The position numbers were made by a program, and so were the translations under genes. Below are positions 30,286-39,793 of a DNA stretch of 64,000 nucleotides, piece after piece. Under the pieces are notes generated by a model, which did not search any database, was not told the DNA's origin, and saw nothing but the letters and a program-made list of their open reading frames with translations. The DNA is from Desulfovirgula sp. (lineage in GTDB: Bacteria; Bacillota; Desulfotomaculia; Desulfotomaculales; Desulfovirgulaceae), in the NCBI GenBank assembly GCA_020725525.1, contig DYEX01000155.1, positions 4,328-68,327 of the forward strand, read 5' to 3'. Position 1 is the first letter of the stretch; each line of letters starts with the position of its first letter.

Positions 30286-31136
30286 TATTTGCCACCTCCA
30301 CATCCGCACTGGCATGTGTAACGCTCTAATGCCCGCTGTTCTTCCGGCCGGAAGGTGGCTGAACGACGGGCCAGTTCAGCAAAGTCCACCTGGTGGCCGT
30401 CAAACTCCGGACCATCCACACAAACAAACCTGGTCTGGCCGCCCACGGTCACCCGGCAGCAACCGCACATCCCCGTACCGTCCACCATCAGCGAGTTCAG
30501 GCTCACAATGGTTTTGATGCCGTACTCCCTGGTGACGTTGCAACAGGCCCGCATCATGGGCTGGGGACCGATGGCCAGCACCAGGTTGATGTTGTCCTTG
30601 CCCCGTTCGTCAATAATTTCTTTCAAGACATCGGTAACAAAACCCTTGCGCACATAGGAACCATCATCGGTGGTCACAAAAAGCTCGGTGGAAACTTCCC
30701 GCATCCGGTCTTCCCAGAACAGCAGTTCCCTGGTGCGGGCACCGATGATGCTGATCACGTGATTACCGGCCTCTTTCAACGCCCGGGCAATGGGGAACAC
30801 CGGAGCTATCCCTACACCGCCACCGACGCATATGACCGTGCCGAAGTTTTCAATGTGGGAAGGGGTCCCCAGAGGTCCGACAAAGTCTTTGATGTAATCT
30901 CCCGCTTCCAATGATCCCAGTTGTTTGGTGGTTTTGCCGACCTCCTGAAAGACGATGGTAATGGTACCCTTCTCCCGGTCAAAGTCCGCAATGGTCAGTG
31001 GAATACGCTCACCTTCTTCGTGAATGCGCAAAATAACAAACTGGCCTGGCTGACATTTCCTGGCTACCCTGGGTGCTTCAATAACCATTTGCTTGATAAT
31101 GGGTGAGAATACCTGCTTGTCTAAAATTTTGAACAT
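30285..31136 (-). CDS. nfnA: NfnA (sulfide/dihydroorotate dehydrogenase-like FAD/NAD-binding, 2Fe-2S)
   Basis: PGQFVILR, ERIPLTIAD, GGGVGIAP, MVDGTGMCGCCRV, CVDGPEFDGH. Confidence 0.9.
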   Translation of the reverse strand: MFKILDKQVFSPIIKQMVIEAPRVARKCQPGQFVILRIHEEGERIPLTIADFDREKGTITIVFQEVGKTTKQLGSLEAGDYIKDFVGPLGTPSHIENFGTVICVGGGVGIAPVFPIARALKEAGNHVISIIGARTRELLFWEDRMREVSTELFVTTDDGSYVRKGFVTDVLKEIIDERGKDNINLVLAIGPQPMMRACCNVTREYGIKTIVSLNSLMVDGTGMCGCCRVTVGGQTRFVCVDGPEFDGHQVDFAELARRSATFRPEEQRALERYTCQCGCGGGK

Positions 31137-31198
31137 GAATTCCCTTCCCCCTCCCTTAAACATAAATATGGAACTTTATTTAATGTAATTATCTTATT

Positions 31199-31223
31199 AT
31201 TCTCGCTATGATGGCAAATTCCT
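31199..31223 (-). promoter_or_regulatory. sigmaH-like promoter upstream of nfnAB
   Basis: gcAGGAATT-N-cgaGAAT, 17 nt spacer. Confidence 0.6.
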
Positions 31224-31272
31224 GCCGCCCCACATAACTTATGAACGGAACTTACAAAAAGAAAAGGGAGAC

Positions 31273-31767
31273 TTACCCCATCTCCCCTTCCGGTGGATAA
31301 TAGGATGCCGGATCCTTTACCACCCGGCCGAGAATGCCGTTAATGAAACGGCTGGAGTCCTGTCCTCCAAAGGTTTTGGCCAGTTCCACCGCCTCATTTA
31401 CCGCCACGCTGTTGGGAATGTCCTCCCGGTGGAAAATTTCAAAAAGAGCCAGGCGCATTATGTTCCGGTCCACCGCCGCCAGGCGGTATAACGGCCAGTC
31501 CCGGCTTAAACGGGCAATAACCTGATCAAAGGCTTTCACATGGGCCAGGGTACCGGTGACCAGTTCACGGGCAAAAAGCAAGTCCCTGGGGCTTAGGGGA
31601 GCCATTTCCGCATCTTCTTCGTTTTCCTGATCGCTTTCATCAAAGTCCCCGGGGTTTTGGGAAGCTATTTCCCACAAGTGATTGAGGGCTTCTTCGGGAT
31701 CAACCTGTCCTACATCCACCTGGTAGAGAACCTGCAGTGCCGCTTCCCTGGCCTGCCTCCTGCCCAT
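31273..31767 (-). CDS. nusB: Transcription antitermination factor NusB
   Basis: RRQAREAALQVLY, RLAAVDRNIMR, VNEAVELAK, FINGILG. Confidence 0.96.
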   Translation of the reverse strand: MGRRQAREAALQVLYQVDVGQVDPEEALNHLWEIASQNPGDFDESDQENEEDAEMAPLSPRDLLFARELVTGTLAHVKAFDQVIARLSRDWPLYRLAAVDRNIMRLALFEIFHREDIPNSVAVNEAVELAKTFGGQDSSRFINGILGRVVKDPASYYPPEGEMG

Positions 31768-31798
31768 ACACAGACCCCCCTGTTTTTAACAAAATGCT

Positions 31799-32017
31799 TC
31801 ATCTCTCCTGGAACAGCCGGAAAAACAGCTCCCGGAAATCCACCCGCTCATCCAGGCGTTTCCCTACATAGTAACCGGCAATAACACATGCGGCCACAAA
31901 AATGGCCTTAAGAATCCCGTAGATAATGGCAAACCAGCCGAAGGCCAGACCTAAAATGACACCGGTAATCTTACCCCGGTGCCGCTTCCATAATTCCGCA
32001 AAGGTATATGCATCCAT
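31799..32017 (-). CDS. DUF2273 small membrane protein
   Basis: HRGKITGVILGLAFGWFAIIYGILKAIFV...GYYVGKRLD; position after amaP. Confidence 0.82.
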   Translation of the reverse strand: MDAYTFAELWKRHRGKITGVILGLAFGWFAIIYGILKAIFVAACVIAGYYVGKRLDERVDFRELFFRLFQER

Positions 32018-32035
32018 CGGTTGAATACACCCCAT

Positions 32036-32566
32036 TTACTCCACCCGGGGTTTACGGGCGGAAATACTTTTGACCGTAATGGCGACATCCTGCACCGTCA
32101 CCCCGGTAACCTCCAGCACCCGGTTTTTCACCTGTTCCTGCACCATGGCGGCAGTGGCGGGAATGTTTATGTCCGGGGTTACTGCCACCCGTATACCAAT
32201 GCGGATGCCCTCTTTGCCCGGGTAGACCCGGGCACCGGCTTCCCGCACCCCATTTTGCACCAGAGCCACCTTTTCCACCAGGTCCTGGATGGCAGTGAGG
32301 GCAATACGCACCTGTCCCAGGGCCGCCTCGTGAACCACCGCCTGCCGGCGGCGCGGGCGTACCCCCACCCAAAACAGGCGGGCGCCGCCTAAAATAAACA
32401 GGCCCAGGAGGGCAATGACGGTCTGCGGTTGCCCAATGACCATGTTCAGCCCGCCCCACACCCGGTAGGGTGGAATAAAACCGGCCACGGCAGCGGCAGC
32501 CCAGACCAAGGCAACTGTAACAATAAAAGTATAAATCACCAGGAGGCCGCGGTCAAAGGGCCCCAT
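32036..32566 (-). CDS. amaP: Alkaline shock response membrane anchor AmaP
   Basis: MGPFDRGLL, 2 TM, GQVRIALTAI; asp23-amaP-DUF2273-nusB synteny. Confidence 0.85.
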   Translation of the reverse strand: MGPFDRGLLVIYTFIVTVALVWAAAAVAGFIPPYRVWGGLNMVIGQPQTVIALLGLFILGGARLFWVGVRPRRRQAVVHEAALGQVRIALTAIQDLVEKVALVQNGVREAGARVYPGKEGIRIGIRVAVTPDINIPATAAMVQEQVKNRVLEVTGVTVQDVAITVKSISARKPRVE

Positions 32567-32618
32567 AAAAATGTAACCCCCTAATATTATATTTCCCTGT
32601 TTTCGCTGGATCCGTAAA

Positions 32619-32660
32619 TGTTCAGTAATCCCGCTACGGTGGTAGCGGTTTTACTGAACA
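32619..32660. repeat. Intergenic hairpin repeat, TGTTCAG-type family
   Basis: TGTTCAGTAA...TTACTGAACA inverted repeat with inner CCGCTA/TAGCGG. Confidence 0.65.
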
Positions 32661-32673
32661 ATTACCCGGATCC

Positions 32674-33078
32674 CTAACGGACCCGGTGCTCTTCCTCTTT
32701 ACCCTCCTGGCTGAAGGCTACTCCCTGGATATTGACATTAACTTCGACCACCGAAAGGCCGGTCATGGACTCAATGGCCTTTTTGACATTTTCCTGGATT
32801 TGAAGTGCCACATCGGGAATGCGAATGCCGTATTCCACGATGACAAATAAGTCTACCGCCGCTTCTTTCTCTCCTACCTCCACTTTCACACCTTTGGACA
32901 AATTCTTGCGGCCCAGCATTTCGGCTATGCCGCCTACCACCCCACCGCTCATTCCGGCTACTCCCGGAACTTCAGTGGCCGCCAGGCCGGCAATGACCCG
33001 CACCACTTCATCGGCAATCCGGATGGAACCCAAACTGGTTTGCTCTTCCCGTACCACCACTTCCTTATTTTCCATCAT
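32674..33078 (-). CDS. Asp23/Gls24 family protein
   Basis: GSIRIADEVV, ATEVPGV, GVKVEVG, IVEYGIRIPDVA, VKKAIESMTGL. Confidence 0.93.
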   Translation of the reverse strand: MMENKEVVVREEQTSLGSIRIADEVVRVIAGLAATEVPGVAGMSGGVVGGIAEMLGRKNLSKGVKVEVGEKEAAVDLFVIVEYGIRIPDVALQIQENVKKAIESMTGLSVVEVNVNIQGVAFSQEGKEEEHRVR

Positions 33079-33157
33079 TAAATAAACCTCCCCGTGCTTG
33101 TCATATTTTGCCTCCATGCCCTCCATTATATCAGAACCCCGGGACGTGTGCAACCAA

Positions 33158-34504
33158 TCAGTCCATCAGGATGCGGCGCTGAATGAAGTTGGTGTAAATC
33201 TCGCCCCGGCGGAAAAAGGCGTTGTGCAGCACCCGCTGATGGAAAGGAATGGTGGTCTTGATACCCTCAATGACAAACTCCCCCAGTGCCCGCTGCATCC
33301 GGGCAATGGCTTCATCCCGGTCCTGGCCCCAGGCAATCAGCTTGGCGATCATGGAATCGTAATGGGGCGGAACCTTCCAGCCGGGGTAGGCCGCACTGTC
33401 CAGACGGATCCCCGGACCGCCGGGAGGCAGGTAAGCAGTAATCAGTCCCGGGGAGGGAGCGAAGTTACGGGCGGGATCCTCGGCATTAATCCGGCATTCA
33501 ATGGCCCAGCCCCGGATCTGGATGTCTTCCTGGGTATAACCCAGGGGTTCTCCTGCCGCCAGGCGTATTTGTTCTTTGATCAAATCAATGCCGGTAACCA
33601 TTTCGGTAACCGGGTGCTCCACCTGAATGCGGGTGTTCATTTCAATGAAATAAAAGTTTTGATGCTTGTCCAGCAGGAATTCCACCGTCCCGGCGTTATA
33701 ATAACCCACGGCCCGGGCGGCCCTTACCGCCATTTCACCCATTTTCCGGCGCAGCTCGGGGGTGAGGGCGGTGGAAGGGGATTCCTCGATCATCTTCTGA
33801 TTGCGCCTCTGAATGGAGCAGTCCCGTTCCCCCAGATGGACGATATTGCCGTGCTTGTCGCCCAGGATCTGAAACTCAATATGACGGGGTTCGTCCACAT
33901 ATTTCTCCACATAAACCTGGGCGTTGCCAAAGGCCGCCTGGGCTTCCGCCTGGGCCGTCTGCACCGCCCGGCTCAGGTCCTCGGGGCCCTGAGCCACCCG
34001 CATGCCCCGGCCGCCACCGCCGGCAGAAGCTTTAACCAGCACGGGGTAGCCAATTTCTTCCGCCACCTCCAGGGCCTCCTGCACGTCCCGGAGCACACCG
34101 GGGGAACCGGGTACCACCGGTACCCCGGCTTTTAGCACCGTTTCCCGGGCCACGGCCTTGGCACCCATTTTTTCCATGGCGGAGGCCGGGGGGCCGATAA
34201 AGGTCAGGCCGCAGCTTTCGCAGATTTCCGCAAACCCGGCATTTTCAGCCAGAAAACCATAACCGGGGTGGATGGCGTCCGCCCCGGAAACCATGGCCGT
34301 ACTGATAATGTTGGTGATATTGAGGTAACTTCTGGCTGCCGGGGCCGGACCAATGCAGTAAGCCTCATCGGCCATACGCACCGGCAGGCTGTCCCGGTCG
34401 GCTTCGGAATATACCAGAACAGTTTTAATGCCCATCTCCCGGCAGGCACGAATGATCCTTAAGGCAATTTCTCCCCGGTTCGCAATCAGTATTTTTTTAA
34501 ACAT
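33158..34504 (-). CDS. accC: Biotin carboxylase (AccC / pyruvate carboxylase subunit A)
   Basis: [56 protein letters not shown]. Confidence 0.96.
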   Translation of the reverse strand: MFKKILIANRGEIALRIIRACREMGIKTVLVYSEADRDSLPVRMADEAYCIGPAPAARSYLNITNIISTAMVSGADAIHPGYGFLAENAGFAEICESCGLTFIGPPASAMEKMGAKAVARETVLKAGVPVVPGSPGVLRDVQEALEVAEEIGYPVLVKASAGGGGRGMRVAQGPEDLSRAVQTAQAEAQAAFGNAQVYVEKYVDEPRHIEFQILGDKHGNIVHLGERDCSIQRRNQKMIEESPSTALTPELRRKMGEMAVRAARAVGYYNAGTVEFLLDKHQNFYFIEMNTRIQVEHPVTEMVTGIDLIKEQIRLAAGEPLGYTQEDIQIRGWAIECRINAEDPARNFAPSPGLITAYLPPGGPGIRLDSAAYPGWKVPPHYDSMIAKLIAWGQDRDEAIARMQRALGEFVIEGIKTTIPFHQRVLHNAFFRRGEIYTNFIQRRILMD

Positions 34505-34522
34505 GTCCTGCTCCCTGCCCAT

Positions 34523-36394
34523 CTATTTTTCCCGAATTAAGAACAGTTCCTGCCCGTATTCCACGGGTTGCCCGTTTTCCACCAGGATGTCTACAATCTC
34601 ACCGGCTACGTCGGACTCAATTTCGTTCATTAGCTTCATGGCCTCAATAATGCACAGCGTCTGACCTTTTTGCACCACGTCTCCTACCTGGACAAAGGGT
34701 GGCGCATCGGGAGCCGGGGCACGGTAAAAGGTGCCCACCATGGGAGATCTGATAACGGTAAGACCGGTGGTATCAAGGTTTTTTTCCGCAGCCGGTGCCG
34801 GCGGGGCGGCCGTTTCCCGGGCCGGCGGCGGCACCGGGGAATCCTCACCCGCAGGTGCAGGCATTGTTCCTTGCGCGCCGGCTTTCCTTATGGCCACTTT
34901 CACCCCCGCACTCTCCAGGGATAATTCGGCAATGGCCGTCTGGTCAATTAGTTTAATCAACTCCTTGATTTCCTGTAAGTTCATGCTCCCTTCCTCCTTA
35001 CGACCGGCCTTTTGCTCCCGGGTTCCGGGCCGCAAGGGTGCGGCAGAATCCACGGGCTGGTGACCCGGCCGGTTGCGGTTTTCAAAGAATCGCTTCGCCA
35101 CCTGGGGAAACAGGGCGTAGGAAATGAAATCTTCTTCCGACTTTGCCAGGTGCCTGATCTCTTCTCTTATTTTATCCATTTTGGGCTCCAGTAAATCGGC
35201 GGGGCGACAGGTAATGGGCTCCTTGTCTCCCAGGATCTTTCGGGCCACATCCGGATCTATGGGGGCCGGAGGCCTGCCGTAAAGTCCTTCTACATAGGCC
35301 CGCACCTCGCCGGGAATGAGTTTGTATCGTTCTCCGGTGAGAACGTTCAACACGGCCTGGGTGCCCACGATCTGGCTGGTGGGAGTAACCAGGGGCGGGT
35401 AACCCAGCTCCGCCCTTACCCGGGGAATTTCCGCCAGAACCTCGGTCAGGCGATGCAGGGCCTTTTGTTCTTCCAGCTGGGTAACCAGGTTGGAAATCAT
35501 CCCTCCGGGTACCTGGTGTTCAAAGACCCGCATGTCGTTAATGCGGGTTACCCCCCGCTCGTAACCCAGGGACTTACGCAAATCTTCAAAGTAAGCGGCA
35601 ATCTCAAAGAGCAGGTGGAGATCCAGGCCGGTATCGTAGGGCGTACCCTGCAGGGCACGGACCACGGTTTCCACCGGGGGCTGTGAAGAACCGAAGGCCA
35701 GGGGCACGGAGGCGGTATCCACCACATCCACTCCCGCCTCGGCCGCCTTGAGATAGGCCCCCAGGGCCAGACCGCCAATGTAGTGACTGTGCAACTGTAC
35801 CGGCAGGCCAACCCGCTCCTTAATCAGTTTTACCAGTTCATAAGCCCTGTAAGGAGTAAGCAGGCCGGCCATATCCTTAATACATATGGAATGGGCCCCC
35901 ATCTGGGCCAGACTGACCGCCGTTTCCACATAGTGCTCGGTGGTGTGTACCGGGCTGATGGTGTATACCACCGCCGCCTGGATGTGTGCCCCCGTTTTCT
36001 GCGCCACCCGCATGGGTGCTTCGAAGTTGCGCAGGTCGTTCAACGCATCAAAGATGCGGATAATATCTATGCCGTTTTCCACCATCTTATAAATAAAGGC
36101 CTCTACCACATCGTCTGGATAATGCTGGTAACCCACCAGGGACTGACCCCGTAAAAGCATCTGCAAAGGCGTGCGTTTAATATGCTTTTTTAACACCCGC
36201 AGGCGTTCCCAGGGATCTTCGTTCAAATAACGCATACAGACATCAAAAGTGGCCCCGCCCCACACTTCCAGGGAATGATAGCCAACCGCATCCAGTTTTT
36301 CCAGGATGGGCAGCATATCTTCGGTGCGCATGCGGGTGGCCCAGAGACTCTGGTGACCATCGCGCAGGGTGGTGTCGGTAATCTTTAAACCCAT
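34523..36394 (-). CDS. pycB: Pyruvate carboxylase subunit B / OadA-type carboxyltransferase fused to full biotin carboxyl carrier protein
   Basis: [43 protein letters not shown]; C-terminal [14 protein letters not shown]...SPMVGTFY...EAMKLMNEI. Confidence 0.88.
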   Translation of the reverse strand: MGLKITDTTLRDGHQSLWATRMRTEDMLPILEKLDAVGYHSLEVWGGATFDVCMRYLNEDPWERLRVLKKHIKRTPLQMLLRGQSLVGYQHYPDDVVEAFIYKMVENGIDIIRIFDALNDLRNFEAPMRVAQKTGAHIQAAVVYTISPVHTTEHYVETAVSLAQMGAHSICIKDMAGLLTPYRAYELVKLIKERVGLPVQLHSHYIGGLALGAYLKAAEAGVDVVDTASVPLAFGSSQPPVETVVRALQGTPYDTGLDLHLLFEIAAYFEDLRKSLGYERGVTRINDMRVFEHQVPGGMISNLVTQLEEQKALHRLTEVLAEIPRVRAELGYPPLVTPTSQIVGTQAVLNVLTGERYKLIPGEVRAYVEGLYGRPPAPIDPDVARKILGDKEPITCRPADLLEPKMDKIREEIRHLAKSEEDFISYALFPQVAKRFFENRNRPGHQPVDSAAPLRPGTREQKAGRKEEGSMNLQEIKELIKLIDQTAIAELSLESAGVKVAIRKAGAQGTMPAPAGEDSPVPPPARETAAPPAPAAEKNLDTTGLTVIRSPMVGTFYRAPAPDAPPFVQVGDVVQKGQTLCIIEAMKLMNEIESDVAGEIVDILVENGQPVEYGQELFLIREK

Positions 36395-36572
36395 GGAAAT
36401 CCTCCCCCAAAACACGGCAAAACAAAAAATACTCAGGTTGCAATAAATTACAACCTGAACCGTTAGCCTGTTTATTATTTAACCTGATGTTATTATATTA
36501 AAATCTGCAGGCCCCGGAAATAGGGTAGACGCAAGTATACAATATTTCTGTTTAGTAATCCTCTTTACAGGC

Positions 36573-36597
36573 AAAACCTCCCCGTGAAAGGGGAGGC
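36573..36597 (-). terminator. Terminator after the Apr-like operon
   Basis: CCTCCCC-tttcac-GGGGAGG-TTTT on minus strand. Confidence 0.6.
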
Positions 36598-36683
36598 ACA
36601 AATTTAAAAATTATACAGGAAGGGTCGCCCCGATACTGCGGGCTGATGGATGCCCTGCGCTTTGTCAGGGTTTTATGACTTAT

Positions 36684-37055
36684 CTAGCTACATAGCAATC
36701 GCAATAAATGTTCAGGAAAGGTGGCCCGGGGATGTCTTGCTGCCAGGCGCCGCAGGCGCACCACTGCCGTGGCCACATCCAGTTCCTGGGGGCAACACCG
36801 GCTACACCGCCGGCAGCCGATACACGCCCAGAGAAAACGGGAAGTTAGCACTTCATCCAGCCGGCCGAGTTGCAATAGACGCAGCACGCGGGCAGGCGAC
36901 AGGTCCCGGATACGGGCAAGGCAGGCTCCACCACACCGTCCGCAGTTGGCGCAACTGCGGGCAGTACGAATAGTAACCGGATCAAGTCGTTCCAGATCCT
37001 GGAGAGTTATTTCCCTGAAGGGACGATCCTCATGCATGGGGATAACCTCCGGCAT
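36684..37055 (-). CDS. HdrC-like 4Fe-4S dicluster protein
   Basis: CANCGRCGGAC and LWACIGCRRCSRCCPQELDV; SPARVLRLLQLG typical of HdrC. Confidence 0.75.
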   Translation of the reverse strand: MPEVIPMHEDRPFREITLQDLERLDPVTIRTARSCANCGRCGGACLARIRDLSPARVLRLLQLGRLDEVLTSRFLWACIGCRRCSRCCPQELDVATAVVRLRRLAARHPRATFPEHLLRLLCS

Positions 37056-37059
37056 AAAT

Positions 37060-39387
37060 TCATTCTTTAAAAGGATTGGGACCTAATTCTTGAAGCTGCT
37101 TTACAAATCTTTTTATTGCTGCCACCAGGCTCTGTCCGTCCTCAATACCGGCAGTAAGCACCTGCACCCGCTCGGGTTCCACCAGCATGCGCTGCAAGGT
37201 TTCCCGCAAGTTGTTGACCCGGGATTCGGCCAGGGATGTACCCCGCCCGTAATGGCACTCCGTAGTACGGCAACCTACCACCAGTACACCGTCTATCCCG
37301 CTGAGCAGCGCATCATTGATCCAGCCTGCATTCACCGCTCCGGCACAGGGAACCCTGACCGCCAGTATATTAGCCCCATAGCTGGTCCCCCGGGTGCCGG
37401 CCAGATCCAGCGCCGGGTAAGCATCGTTGGCACATAAGAAAGCCAGTACGCAAGGTTGCTCATCCATGCTGCCCGTATCCACCGCTTCTATAAGTCCGGC
37501 CATCTCCCGGGAACTGAATCCCGGCAGGTAAATACATCTCAGGGGACATCCCCCCTGACAGATACCACATCCACGGCAGGCCAGTGGATTTACCGCCGGA
37601 TAACCGCCTGTATCAAAGCTGCAGGCACCGTAGGGACATTCCTCTACACAGCGCCCGCACCGGTCGCACTTGTGCCGCTCCACTACCGGTGGAACTACCA
37701 CAGACTGGTTCTGGATGGTAGCCAGACATTCCGCTGCTGCAGCCAGAGCGCTTTTGACGCTTGTACTCACATCCATCGGTTCCTGAGCACAACCGGCCAC
37801 ATAAATACCCGCACGCCGCACCTCCATGGGCGAACAGGGCAGGTGACCGGTAATGAAGCCGGTTGTGTCCTTTTCCAGGCGCTCAAAAGCCGGGACGGCA
37901 CAGGGTACCATACCGGTGGCCAGTACCACCAGTTCGGCCCGTACCGCTACCCGTGAGCCACTTAAGGTATCATCAGCCGTGACGACCAGTTCTTCTGCCC
38001 CAGGGTCCCATTCCACTGCATAGGGGTTACCCCGGATAAAAACTGCACCGTGTTCTTCCCGTGTCCGGCGGTACAGTTCTTCCAGGTTGCCCGGAGTACG
38101 GATGTCCATGTAAAAGACAAAAATGCCGGCCTCCGGCGCCACCGCCCGTACGTAATCAATTTGCTTTAATGTGGCCGCACAGCATACACTGGAACAATAA
38201 GCCAGGTGCTGTTTATCACGGCTGCCGGCACACTGGATAAAGGCCACCCGCCTTACGGGCTTTTTATCGTGAGGCCGGATTAACTGGCCACCGGTTGGTC
38301 CGTCCGGACGGGCCAGAACCTCCAAGTCCATGCTGGTAATTACTCCAGGCAAACGCCCGTAGCCGTAATTGTTAATCCGTCCGGCATCGTAAGGTTCCCA
38401 ACCCGCAGCCAGAATGATCGCGTCCACACCAATGCTCAGCCTGTCTTCCTCCTGGTCCAGGTCAATGGCCCCGGCCGGACAGACTTCCACACACCGGCTG
38501 CAGGATTTACCACGACAAAACACACGGTTGACGGCATAGTTAAGAGGATAGGGAAATAACCCCGGGCCTTCAATGGCCCGCTGCCTGCCCGGTGGCAATG
38601 CTGCGGAGGGTGCTACCTCCACCGGGCAAACCTCAAGGCAAGCACCGCACCCGGTGCAGGCATCCTTGACGTAACGGGGTTGTTTTAAAAGTTCCACCAT
38701 AAAGTTACCGGCGGTACCACGCACACCGGTTACCTCGGTCAAGGTGTGCACCGTTACCCTTCCCGTAGCCAGCAAACGCGCCATCAGTACCTCCAACCCA
38801 CACCGGGGTGAGCAAAAGCGCGGGTAATAGCGGTGCAACCGGGCCACCTTACCTCCCAGGAAAGGGGATTTTTCTACCAGCGTTACGTTAACCCCGGCCC
38901 GGGCCAGATTCTCTGCTGCGGTTAGTCCGGCAATACCTCCCCCGACTACCAGTACAGACCGGGAAGTTGAAGAACTAACCGGTTCAAAGGATTCTGCCGG
39001 GCTCAACCGCCCCACGGCCATTTTGAGTAGATTCCGGGCCTTTGCCATCGCCAGCGCCGGCTGGTCCCGGTGGGCCCTGGTGCACTGTTCCCTGAGGTTA
39101 CAGCGTTCCAGGAAGTGTTCGTTCAAGCCTGCCTGCCGTGCAAGACGAAGAAAGGTATCCCGGTGTACGGCTGGTGAGCATGCTCCAACCACTACCCGGT
39201 CTACACGCCCCTGGCGCACATCCTCAGCAATTATTTCCAGGCCGTCAGCGCTACATAACGCAGGATAATGGATGCTGGCAGCAACCCCGCGCCATTTGCC
39301 TGCCTGCTGGGATAATTTCTCCAGGTCAAGAATTTTACCAATTTCACCGTAACAATGACACAGGTAGACACCGATTTTTGGCGGCAC
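37060..39387 (-). CDS. HdrA/Qmo-like flavoprotein with ferredoxin and MvhD domains
   Basis: KIGVYLCHC, VGACSP, NLREQC; VGGGIAG FAD site; IQCAGSRD...YCSSVCC; C-terminal 2x CxxCxxC and MvhD (FLCANDAY, RVPCAG, GCRTTECHY). Confidence 0.88.
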   Translation of the reverse strand: MPPKIGVYLCHCYGEIGKILDLEKLSQQAGKWRGVAASIHYPALCSADGLEIIAEDVRQGRVDRVVVGACSPAVHRDTFLRLARQAGLNEHFLERCNLREQCTRAHRDQPALAMAKARNLLKMAVGRLSPAESFEPVSSSTSRSVLVVGGGIAGLTAAENLARAGVNVTLVEKSPFLGGKVARLHRYYPRFCSPRCGLEVLMARLLATGRVTVHTLTEVTGVRGTAGNFMVELLKQPRYVKDACTGCGACLEVCPVEVAPSAALPPGRQRAIEGPGLFPYPLNYAVNRVFCRGKSCSRCVEVCPAGAIDLDQEEDRLSIGVDAIILAAGWEPYDAGRINNYGYGRLPGVITSMDLEVLARPDGPTGGQLIRPHDKKPVRRVAFIQCAGSRDKQHLAYCSSVCCAATLKQIDYVRAVAPEAGIFVFYMDIRTPGNLEELYRRTREEHGAVFIRGNPYAVEWDPGAEELVVTADDTLSGSRVAVRAELVVLATGMVPCAVPAFERLEKDTTGFITGHLPCSPMEVRRAGIYVAGCAQEPMDVSTSVKSALAAAAECLATIQNQSVVVPPVVERHKCDRCGRCVEECPYGACSFDTGGYPAVNPLACRGCGICQGGCPLRCIYLPGFSSREMAGLIEAVDTGSMDEQPCVLAFLCANDAYPALDLAGTRGTSYGANILAVRVPCAGAVNAGWINDALLSGIDGVLVVGCRTTECHYGRGTSLAESRVNNLRETLQRMLVEPERVQVLTAGIEDGQSLVAAIKRFVKQLQELGPNPFKE

Positions 39388-39446
39388 TGTGTTCCCCCCC
39401 CCTGAAAACACCGGGGGCCGGCAACGGGCCGCCGGCCCCTAAATTC

Positions 39447-39770
39447 TTAGTCATTCCTGTTTTTAAAGGTGAAGCGTTCTACCTTACCGTGAATATCCAC
39501 AACAGTCCAGCTGATTTTATTGCTTCCAACCAGCGGAATAAGCTTGGCCGGGTAATAACCCAACTGGTAAGGTAGACGGGTTTCAATGGCTCCGTTGGGG
39601 CAGGCTTTCACGCAGGACATACAATCCCAGCAGTCCCGTGCCGAACGGCAATATGCCTTTCCATTATTTTCATCCAGAGCCATCAAATCCCCAGGGCATA
39701 TTTGTACACAAAGGGCTTCGCTTTCAGCACGGCAACCGTCACATTTTTGGAGATTAACCTTTGGCGGCAC
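39447..39770 (-). CDS. aprB: Adenylylsulfate reductase beta-like ferredoxin subunit (short form)
   Basis: KCDGC...CVQICPGDLM, DCWDCMSCVKACP...IETRLPY; adjacent to aprA-like gene. Confidence 0.85.
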   Translation of the reverse strand: MPPKVNLQKCDGCRAESEALCVQICPGDLMALDENNGKAYCRSARDCWDCMSCVKACPNGAIETRLPYQLGYYPAKLIPLVGSNKISWTVVDIHGKVERFTFKNRND

Positions 39771-39793
39771 CAGTAATCAACCTCCTGTCAGAA

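Noticed and set aside
31235-31260. Rex operator upstream of nfnAB (TTATGAA...CTTACAA)
   Set aside because: Spacing and half-sites do not fit TTGTGAA-N4-TTCACAA.
36568-36605. c-di-GMP-I (GEMM) riboswitch suggested by GGCAAAACC...GAAA...GG
   Set aside because: Lacks the GACGCAAA junction and second stem, and lies on the non-coding strand; on the minus strand it reads as a hairpin plus TTTT terminator.
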